Assembly (NCBI GenBank): GCA_038209745.1
Contig: JBBQXJ010000033.1
Location: 1 to 47,250 of the forward strand
Length of the DNA: 47,250 bases
Direction of reading: 5' to 3'
DNA from: Verrucomicrobiota bacterium
GTDB taxonomy: Bacteria > Verrucomicrobiota > Verrucomicrobiia > Limisphaerales > CANJSG01
A program made the translations under genes and the position numbers. The notes under the pieces are model-generated. The model was not told the origin of the DNA. It was given only the letters and a program-made list of their open reading frames with translations, and made no database searches. Below are positions 29,725-37,778 of the stretch, piece by piece (position 1 is the first letter of the stretch; each line of letters begins with the position of its first letter).

Positions 29725-32085
29725 ATGCATCCGACGCTTCCAGCTCTTTCGTTGGTTCGCTTGCTTCGCTCGCTTGCTCTCGCTGCGTGCTGCCTGCTCG
29801 CCACCGACTACGCGCGGGCGCAAGGCGAAAGGCCGCGTGTCCCCGTCCCCGTTATTTTCGACACCGACATGGGTGGTGATTGTGATGATGTCGGGGCGCT
29901 CTTCATGCTGCACGGCGCCGTGGAACGGGGTGAAGCGCGGCTTCTCGCGACGATGGGTTGCGTTTCGGCAGACGCAATTGCCCCGGCACTGGACGCCATC
30001 AACGTCTGGTTTGGGCGCCCCGGGATTCCCGTGGGCACGCTGAAGGACTCAGGGTTTCTCGCCGGACCTCACTACACCACCGAGCTGGCGAAACGGTTCC
30101 CGCACCGGTTCGGAACGGGCATGGACTACCCGGACGCGGTCGCGCTCTACCGTCAGATTCTTTCGGAGGAACCCGATGGCAGCGTGGTCATCGTGGCGGT
30201 CGGTCCGTTACGGAATCTGGCCAAGCTGCTCAACTCCACTCCGGACAAAAAAAGCCCGCTGGATGGGCGTTCACTCGTGGCGCAGAAGGTCAAACGGCTC
30301 GAGGTCATGGGCGGAAACTATCCACCCGATGCGAACAACAAGGAGGCGGAGTGGAACTTCAAACAAGACCCCGCATCGGCGTCGCTGGTCTGCGCCGATT
30401 GGCCGACGCCGGTGCTCTTCAATGGCGAAGGTGGCTCGACGATGTCAGGGCGCCGCGTCACCTACGAGATGCCCGAGCACAATCCACTGAACATGGCTTA
30501 CCGGATTTATCCGGGCGTGGGTTTCGCCGGGGACCGTTTGAGCTGGGATCCTGTTTCGTGTCTGGTGGCGGTGCGCGGTGCGGCGCCATTTTACTCGGTC
30601 GTCAGCGGTGGCCGGAACGTGGTGGATTCGACCACGGGGATCAATACGTGGCAGGCCGATGGGAATACCAATCACTCCTATCTCGTCTTGAATCGAAAGC
30701 CGCCGAAGGCCGAAGTCGAAGCGGCGCTGGAAGACTTGATGGTGGCGGGCAAGGCGCGTCCGACTGGCCTCACTTTCAACACTGCCTATTACGCCACAGC
30801 GGGCATGTGTCAGATCACCAGCAAGGGCGCGGCGGACTCCGCTGCGACCGCGATCAAGGCTTTCGATCTCGATGACAAGACGGCGTGGAGCGACGATTCC
30901 GCGTCGAGTTGGCTTCAGTGCCAGTATGTCGATGGCCGGAAGTATCTCGTGACATCGTATGCGCTCGTTTGTTCGGACCAGCAGCGGTTGCCGCGCAGTT
31001 TGGAATTGTCCGGCTCCAATGACGGCGGGGAAAATTGGACCTCACTGGATATTCAGAAGGCTCCCGGGTTCAGCGAGCGGACTCTCCGCCGCGAGTTCAC
31101 GATCGCCAAGCCAGCCAAGTGGAACATCTACCGGCTGAACGTCACTGCGGACCATGAACCAGAGGGCATCGCCATCTCGACGCTCGAACTGAATGAGGCC
31201 GTTCACTGCCGCCCCAGGGTCGCCGTCGTCACCGCGACCCTTGATCATCAAAGCCTGCGCCTCGCGGTCAACGCGCGGGCGACGCTCAACGCCACGCTGG
31301 CGCCCATGGAAACATTCGAGCGGGAAGTGGCTTGGTCGAGCAGCGATCCCGCCGTGGCCGAAGTGCGGAGGATTGGTGAGCAGATCGCCATCGTCGTCGG
31401 TAAAAAGCCCGGCACCTGCACCCTCACCGCGATGATCGACAAGGTGCAGCGGACCTGCGCCGTGACGGTGGTTCCTTCCACGCTCCCCGCCGCTTGGCGC
31501 TACGACGAACTCAACGCGCCGATCATTCCCGGAGCGATTTCGGTCGCCAACGGCACGTTCGCCCTCACGGGATGTGGCCACGCGATGACCGCGTTTTGGG
31601 AGCGCGTGCGGGATCAAGGAACCTTCGTCAGCCTGCCTGTGACGGGCGATGCTGCCATTTCCGCCCGCCTCACCAGTCTGGCTCCAAACGTCGGCGGCCC
31701 GGCCTATCAATGGGACAATCGACCGCCTTCCGTCGCCGGATTGATGATCCGCGAATCGCTCACCGAGAAGTGCGGACGCTATGTGCTCATCCAGGTCGAG
31801 GCGTCGGGTTCACTTGTCTGCCGGTGGCGGAACAAGTCGGGGGATCAGGACGACAACCAGAAAAAGGATTTAGGCAAGGTCGCTTTGCCGCTCCATTTGA
31901 GGCTCATCCAGACGGGCGGGCAAACGCAGGTCTTCACCTCCACCGATGGCCGAGACTGGGGCGAGCCGCGGATGTCCCATGCCGGCCAGTTCGATGTTCT
32001 GAGTCGGGCCGGTCTCTTCGTCTGCTCCGGCAATACCTTCGCAACCACCACCGCGACCTTTGATTCGGTCCAGTCGTCCAAATGA
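29725..32085 (+). CDS. Secreted nucleoside-hydrolase-fold protein with discoidin-like, Big_2 and lectin-like (DUF1349-like) domains
   Basis: Signal peptide; VIFDTDMGGDCDDVGAL, VGPLRNL, EWNF, SWD; AFD..DKTAW...LSGSNDG..W; VAWSSSDPAVAEV; AGLMIRESL. Confidence 0.82.
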   Translation: MHPTLPALSLVRLLRSLALAACCLLATDYARAQGERPRVPVPVIFDTDMGGDCDDVGALFMLHGAVERGEARLLATMGCVSADAIAPALDAINVWFGRPGIPVGTLKDSGFLAGPHYTTELAKRFPHRFGTGMDYPDAVALYRQILSEEPDGSVVIVAVGPLRNLAKLLNSTPDKKSPLDGRSLVAQKVKRLEVMGGNYPPDANNKEAEWNFKQDPASASLVCADWPTPVLFNGEGGSTMSGRRVTYEMPEHNPLNMAYRIYPGVGFAGDRLSWDPVSCLVAVRGAAPFYSVVSGGRNVVDSTTGINTWQADGNTNHSYLVLNRKPPKAEVEAALEDLMVAGKARPTGLTFNTAYYATAGMCQITSKGAADSAATAIKAFDLDDKTAWSDDSASSWLQCQYVDGRKYLVTSYALVCSDQQRLPRSLELSGSNDGGENWTSLDIQKAPGFSERTLRREFTIAKPAKWNIYRLNVTADHEPEGIAISTLELNEAVHCRPRVAVVTATLDHQSLRLAVNARATLNATLAPMETFEREVAWSSSDPAVAEVRRIGEQIAIVVGKKPGTCTLTAMIDKVQRTCAVTVVPSTLPAAWRYDELNAPIIPGAISVANGTFALTGCGHAMTAFWERVRDQGTFVSLPVTGDAAISARLTSLAPNVGGPAYQWDNRPPSVAGLMIRESLTEKCGRYVLIQVEASGSLVCRWRNKSGDQDDNQKKDLGKVALPLHLRLIQTGGQTQVFTSTDGRDWGEPRMSHAGQFDVLSRAGLFVCSGNTFATTTATFDSVQSSK

Positions 32086-32347
32086 ACTTCAGTTCCATCC
32101 GCCACTCCAAGAAATCCAAAATCCAACCCCGGTTGCCGGCCAGACTTTGATTTTGAAGGTCTGCCCCATCCGATGAAGGAAGGCCCCTACGCTTGCGGCC
32201 ATGAAATCGGCCTCGCACCTGGCATCGATTCTTGTCTGCGCGGCGAGCCCGCCTTTGTCCTTGCGCAGCGTGGTTGCGCGGGCCCCCGTCCTTGTCCACG
32301 ACGCGGAGCGCACTGCGGCGCCGCTCACGGAGCGCAAGCGGGAGCCA

Positions 32348-32570
32348 TACGTGAGCACCAATCACCTGGGAATTCCCTCGACTGCTTCCTCTCGTGGAAC
32401 GCTCCCATCTGCGACGCCGAGATCGGGCGCCGCCCGGTCAGCGCGTGCCACGCTTGGGGTGTTGGCGATCCGTCCCGGGTGCAAACTCATGTGGAATCTT
32501 GGGACGGAGCAGTTTGCCGACGGTAGGAAAGCAACCATCTGCCGGACCCGCGAGCAGAGGAAACGCTTCA
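32348..32570 (+). pseudogene. Gfo/Idh/MocA oxidoreductase C-terminal remnant
   Basis: Joining across two frameshifts gives YVSTNHLGNSLDC...PICDAEIGRRPVSACHLGVLAIRPGCKLMWN...EQF...REQRKRF. Confidence 0.6.
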
Positions 32571-32851
32571 CTTCCGAAATGGAACGGCGTCCATGGTCGC
32601 CGGTCGAATCGGGCCGGATGACCCACGGCAGGGAACCTGGAAGACCCTTCCGCGCGCCGGGTTTTGTCGGGACGCCGCGCCCCGGTTTCCGGCGAAAACC
32701 CCCTAAAAAACTCCATAAAACGAACAACAGGCTTGACGCCCGTCACCAAGTCGTCGGCGCCGGGGGCGGGATGCTCCACCAAAGCGTGGCCAAAGATTCT
32801 TTGACGGATTTCATACAGAATCGGCGGGACCGGTGTCTCAGTGGGTGGAAG

Positions 32852-33433
32852 ATGGCCGATCAGAGCGAACATTGGTGCCGGGACTGGTATGAGCGGAAGG
32901 CCGCCGTGCTGGTGCTCTATGGTCGCGCTCTGGGGCTGGGCCACGGGGAGGCGGAAGATGTCCTGCACGAGACGTTTGGGGCGCTTTTGAAGCTGCGGGA
33001 AGCGCCGGAGGATCCGGGCAACTACTGCGTGAGGGCTTTTCGCAACCGGGCTTTGAACTATCGGCGGGGACTTTTCCGGTGGTTGACCCGGGAATTGGAG
33101 GCCAAGGGCTGGTTCGAGGAGGAAGCGGGCTTCGATCCCCGGGAAACGGCAGCGGTGGCCGCATTGCGACAACTGCCGGCCGAGCAGCGGGAGGTCATTG
33201 TGCTCCGCCTCTGGCACCGGCTGTCCTATGAGGAGATAGGGACCCTCCAGGATGTTCCGGCGAATACGGCGGCCGGTCGATACCGCTACGGAATCGTCAA
33301 GCTGCGCACCCATTTTTCAGGAGAGAACGATCATGAAACCGAACGATTTCGAGCAGATGCTTCAGCAATGGACCCCGAAGGAGGTGTCTCCGCGGATTGG
33401 GCGGCGGCTCTTTGGCCGCGATGCGTCCGCTGA
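32852..33433 (+). CDS. ECF RNA polymerase sigma-70 factor
   Basis: EAEDVLHETF (sigma2), LPAEQREVIVLRLWHRLSYEEIG...TAAGRYRYG (sigma4). Confidence 0.92.
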   Translation: MADQSEHWCRDWYERKAAVLVLYGRALGLGHGEAEDVLHETFGALLKLREAPEDPGNYCVRAFRNRALNYRRGLFRWLTRELEAKGWFEEEAGFDPRETAAVAALRQLPAEQREVIVLRLWHRLSYEEIGTLQDVPANTAAGRYRYGIVKLRTHFSGENDHETERFRADASAMDPEGGVSADWAAALWPRCVR

Positions 33434-33701
33434 CCGGCGATGGTGTCCGCTGTGGGTGGCGCCGGTCGCGACGGCGTGCTTCGCGCTGGCTCTGAGCGTG
33501 GGCGGGGTGCGGCAAGAGACGGACGGCCGGTGGGAAGGGCGGGCGCTCTTCCAGACGAACGAAAACCAGATCACGCTGGTGGCGGCGGCCTTCGACCGCG
33601 CGGTGGTGGCAGGTGGCGCCCGCGACTGGAACCGCTGGGGCGTCGTGAGTTTCCAATCGACAAACGAGTGGGCCCCCTTTTCAACTACCGGCCACTTTTG
33701 A
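33333..33701 (+). CDS. Putative anti-sigma factor (single TM)
   Basis: MKPNDFEQMLQQWTPKEVSPRIGRRLF, then hydrophobic segment; overlaps the sigma 3' end; AGGAGA upstream. Confidence 0.7.
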   Translation: MKPNDFEQMLQQWTPKEVSPRIGRRLFGRDASADRRWCPLWVAPVATACFALALSVGGVRQETDGRWEGRALFQTNENQITLVAAAFDRAVVAGGARDWNRWGVVSFQSTNEWAPFSTTGHF

Positions 33702-33726
33702 GTCCCCCAGTAGAATCTTTATCAGC

Positions 33727-36700
33727 ATGAAAGAGGAAAAATCGGGCCCGTCACCGGTCGGTCGCAGAGCGGTGGTCGCGGGCAAGACTCCGGTGCAACC
33801 GGTCAAGGTCGCGCCGCTCTTCCGGAAGATCGACTGGATCACCTTCGCACTGACCACGCTGCTCATCCTGACGGGCTACCTGTTGACGATCGCCCCGCAG
33901 GTGACGTTGGAGGATTCGGGTGAACTGGCCGTGGCTTCCCAATATGCCGGCGTGCCGCATCCTCCGGGCTATCCGGTGTGGACGATCTACACCTGGCTCT
34001 TCACCAAGATCATCCCGTTCTCGAACATCGCGTTCCGGGTGGCGGTGTCGTCGGCGGTGGCGGGGGCGTTCGCCTGCGGATTGATCGGCCTGCTCGTCTC
34101 GCGGGGCAGCAGCATGATGCTGGAGAGCATCGACGCGTTGAAGGACATCGAGAAGCGCAGCGAGGGGATGATCTGCATGGTTTCCGGCTTCGTGGCGGCG
34201 ATGTTGATGGGTTTCAACGGCTACATGTGGAGCCAGGCGGTGATCGTGGAGGTGTATACCCTGAGCGTGCTGTCGCTGATGCTGACTCTCTGTTTGCTGC
34301 TGCGATGGATGTATGCGCCGGAGCAGCACCGGTATCTCTACGGGGCGATGTTCTTCTTCGGCATCTGCCTCACGAACCACATGTCTCTGCTGGTGGCGGC
34401 GGTGGGCATTCTCGTGTTGATCGCGGCGGCGAACGCGAGTCTCGGCCGGGTGTTCTTCATCGGCAGCGCCGTCTGCTACGCGATCGGGCTGGTCGCCACG
34501 GCGGCCCACAGGATCACGGTCTTCGACAACAACACGGCGCTCTTCGTCGTCTTCAATCTCATCGGACTGACCACCGTGGTGGGCGCCGTGGTGCTGATCA
34601 TCAAGACGCAGGCGTTTCTAAAGGGCTTCAGCCACGCGATCATCTCCCTCGTCGCATGGGGGCTGGGGGCGATTTGGTATTTCTACATGCCGATCGCGTC
34701 GATGAGCAATCCGCCCCTGAACTGGGGCTATCCCCGGACCGCGGAGGGTTTCATCCACGCGGTGAAGCGCGGCCAATATGAATCGGTCAAGCCGACGGAC
34801 ATCCTCGCCCAACCCACCAAGTTCGTGGGCCAGATCGGTCTCTACATCGACGGCGCGCGCGAGGAGTTCACCACGCTGCTGCTGCTGGTCGGCCTGGTTC
34901 CGTTCGTCTTCATCGGCCGGATGAAGCGGAGGGAACGGGCTTGGCTCATCGGTCTCGCCGCGATCTATCTGTGTCTTTCCGGGATGCTCCTGGTGTTGCT
35001 GAATCCGGGGTTGGACCGGCAGAGCCGCGAGCTGCACAAAGTCTTCTTCACCGCGTCCCATGTGATCGTGGCGATCGGCATCGGCTACGGATTCGCGCTG
35101 ATCAGCGGTTGGCTGGTGCGCCGATATGAAGTCAGCCGGATGTGGGGTCTGATCGGCGGCGGCGTGGCTGTCCTATTGGCGCTGCTTCGCCTGGCGGTCA
35201 CCTTGCGCGAGGAGTTCTCGGTGATGGAGGGGACGACGGGCAAGGCGGTCGGGCTGTTCGGCGGACTGGCGGCGTCGCTGGGGCAGGGGTTGAACTTCTT
35301 CCCCGTCGTCTCCGGCATCGTGCTGGTGTTGGTCGCGCTGGGGTTTGTGGCGGTGCTGGCGATCGGGCGAAGCCGGGTGTTCCTGGGCGGACTGCTGGGA
35401 GTGCTGCTCCTGGTCCCGCTGCAGTCGATCACCTCGCATTGGGCCGACAACGAGCAGCGTGGGCACCTTTTCGGATTCTGGTTCGGGCACGACATGTTCA
35501 CGGCGCCCTTCACCGGCAAGGATGGCAAGCCTCTCTATCCCGAGATGACGCGGGACGCGGTCCTCTACGGCGGCACGGATCCGGGTCGGTTCAATCCGAC
35601 CTACATGATCTTCAGCGAGAGCTTCATTCCGGCGAAGGACCGGACGGATCCGAAGTTCGACCGGCGCGACGTGGTCTTGATCACCCAGAACGCCTTGGCT
35701 GACGGCACCTACCTCAACTACATCCGCGCCCAATACAACCGCAGCGCGCAGATCGATCCGCCGTTCTTCCAGAAATCCGAGTTCACCAGTTGGATTCCGT
35801 TCTGCCGCACCCTGGACACGATCTTCCTGGGTCTGGGCACGAGCATCGAGTGGACGCGGCGTCTCGGTCCGTCGGTCTTCGAAGCCGATCAGTTCAAGGA
35901 CATCGCTTCACTGAAGGCGAAGCTCGCCGGCACCGCCGCGAATCGCCCCGTGGCCCTCGGCGACTACCTCAAGACCAAGCTGAGTCCCGAGACCCTCGCC
36001 CTGTTGCAGGGCAACGACGATGCGAAGCTCGCCAAGTCGCTGGCCAAGGACCTCAACCAGTTCGTCCGCGGTGAAGACGACAACTGGCGCTTCGAACGCT
36101 TCGTCGGCGTGAAGGACGACCTGTGGGACAAGGACCGGTTCGCCGGTGTGGCGCTGGACGCGCATCTCGCGCGGTTCGTAAAACGTTCGCCCACGCCCTA
36201 TGAGCGTTCGCGCCGAAACCGTCTCCTGCTGGAGGCTGCGTTTCCCGAGATCGCGAAGAGCGCCGCCGGGCTCTATCCGGACATGGAGATCATCACCGCG
36301 TCCCAGCAGGATTCGGAGCGCTGTTTCAACGAATACATCACCGACGTCCAGCGGCGTTTGCAGCTGAAGCAGGTGCGGCCCGGCGAGGACGTGCGGATCG
36401 AGAACGGGCGCGTCCAGGTCAGCGGGCAGGTGGCGGTGATGGCGATCAACGGGCTGCTGACGAAGGTGATCTTCGACGCCAATCCGGAGAACGACTTCTT
36501 CGTGGAGGAGAGCTTCCCGCTGGAATGGATGTATCCGCATCTCACGCCCTTCGGCGTCATCATGAAGATCAACCGCGAGCCGGCCGCGGAGATCTCGCAG
36601 GCAGAGGCCGAGAAAGACCACGAGTTTTGGAGCCAGTATTCCCAGCGGCTGATCGGCAACTGGATCACCTACGACACCTCGGTCGCGGACATCTGCAACT

Positions 36701-37542
36701 GGGTCGAGCGCGTCTATCTGCTCAACGACTACAGCCACTTCAAGGGCGACCGGGCCTTCGCGCGGGACGACAACGCCCAGAAGGCCTTCTCAAAACTGCG
36801 CAGCTCCATCGGCGGCGTCTACGCGTGGCGGCTGGGACTGGCGTCCGGCACCCCGACGCCCCCGCAATACAACGTGAAGACCGAGGTCGAGAAACAGCGG
36901 ATGCTGAAGGAGGCCGACTTCGCCTTCAAACAGGCGTTCGCCTTCTGCCCCTACAGCCCCGAGGCAGTCTACCGCTACGTCAACCTGTTGATGGCCACGC
37001 AGCGGTTCGACGACGCCATCCTCATCGCCAAGACCTGTCTGCTCTTCGACGAGGACAACGACCAGATCCGTGGGTTGGTCGAAAGCCTCCAGGACTACAA
37101 GCAGCCCAAGCAGTCGAGCGCGGCCCTCTTCGAGTCCGCGATGAAGGGGATCGAGGAGGCCCTGAAGCTCGGCCAGACCAACGCCGCCCTCCAGCTCATC
37201 GACCAGATCACCCAGTCGCCGAAGGTCGACGCGCCCATGCTCATGCAGCTGGCGGGTTCCGCGATGAAGCTCCAGCAATTCGACCGGGTGGAGAACGCCC
37301 TGACCCGGCTGACCCAGATCCAGCCCAACAACCCCGAAGCGTTCTACGACCTGGCGGTGGTCAAGAGCATGTTCGGCAAGCCGAACGCGATGGCGGCTCT
37401 GGGCAACGCGGTCCGGCTCAGCAACGAACGGTTGAAGAACGACCCTGCCGCGTCGGACCTGGCCAAGGTGGCGGCGGCGGAAGCCCGGTTCCAGCCGTTC
37501 CACAACCTGCCGGAATTCCAGCAGGCGCTGCTCGGGAAGTAG
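33727..37542 (+). CDS. DUF2723 / TMEM260-like GT-C membrane glycosyltransferase with C-terminal TPRs
   Basis: VTLEDSGEL, GVPHPPGYP, WSQAVIVEVY, multiple TMs, TPR-like tail (PNNPEAFYDLA). Confidence 0.88.
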   Translation: MKEEKSGPSPVGRRAVVAGKTPVQPVKVAPLFRKIDWITFALTTLLILTGYLLTIAPQVTLEDSGELAVASQYAGVPHPPGYPVWTIYTWLFTKIIPFSNIAFRVAVSSAVAGAFACGLIGLLVSRGSSMMLESIDALKDIEKRSEGMICMVSGFVAAMLMGFNGYMWSQAVIVEVYTLSVLSLMLTLCLLLRWMYAPEQHRYLYGAMFFFGICLTNHMSLLVAAVGILVLIAAANASLGRVFFIGSAVCYAIGLVATAAHRITVFDNNTALFVVFNLIGLTTVVGAVVLIIKTQAFLKGFSHAIISLVAWGLGAIWYFYMPIASMSNPPLNWGYPRTAEGFIHAVKRGQYESVKPTDILAQPTKFVGQIGLYIDGAREEFTTLLLLVGLVPFVFIGRMKRRERAWLIGLAAIYLCLSGMLLVLLNPGLDRQSRELHKVFFTASHVIVAIGIGYGFALISGWLVRRYEVSRMWGLIGGGVAVLLALLRLAVTLREEFSVMEGTTGKAVGLFGGLAASLGQGLNFFPVVSGIVLVLVALGFVAVLAIGRSRVFLGGLLGVLLLVPLQSITSHWADNEQRGHLFGFWFGHDMFTAPFTGKDGKPLYPEMTRDAVLYGGTDPGRFNPTYMIFSESFIPAKDRTDPKFDRRDVVLITQNALADGTYLNYIRAQYNRSAQIDPPFFQKSEFTSWIPFCRTLDTIFLGLGTSIEWTRRLGPSVFEADQFKDIASLKAKLAGTAANRPVALGDYLKTKLSPETLALLQGNDDAKLAKSLAKDLNQFVRGEDDNWRFERFVGVKDDLWDKDRFAGVALDAHLARFVKRSPTPYERSRRNRLLLEAAFPEIAKSAAGLYPDMEIITASQQDSERCFNEYITDVQRRLQLKQVRPGEDVRIENGRVQVSGQVAVMAINGLLTKVIFDANPENDFFVEESFPLEWMYPHLTPFGVIMKINREPAAEISQAEAEKDHEFWSQYSQRLIGNWITYDTSVADICNWVERVYLLNDYSHFKGDRAFARDDNAQKAFSKLRSSIGGVYAWRLGLASGTPTPPQYNVKTEVEKQRMLKEADFAFKQAFAFCPYSPEAVYRYVNLLMATQRFDDAILIAKTCLLFDEDNDQIRGLVESLQDYKQPKQSSAALFESAMKGIEEALKLGQTNAALQLIDQITQSPKVDAPMLMQLAGSAMKLQQFDRVENALTRLTQIQPNNPEAFYDLAVVKSMFGKPNAMAALGNAVRLSNERLKNDPAASDLAKVAAAEARFQPFHNLPEFQQALLGK

Positions 37543-37778
37543 CGGCGCAGGTCGGTCCGGGGCCTCCCGCTCCGGGGCGGCTCGCACCGGATGAGGTTCC
37601 GTAAGTCTTCGCCATCGACCCTGGAACGCGCGGGAGATTCCGGAGCCGCCGACCCATCGTCGGAATAAAATGCGGCTTGGCTGGATCTCCGGGAGGGCTC
37701 CGCCCCATTGGCCCGACTCACGTTAGGCCACGGCTGCGGAATTGGATCGGCCAACCCTTTCAACAGCGCCGTTCCGGC

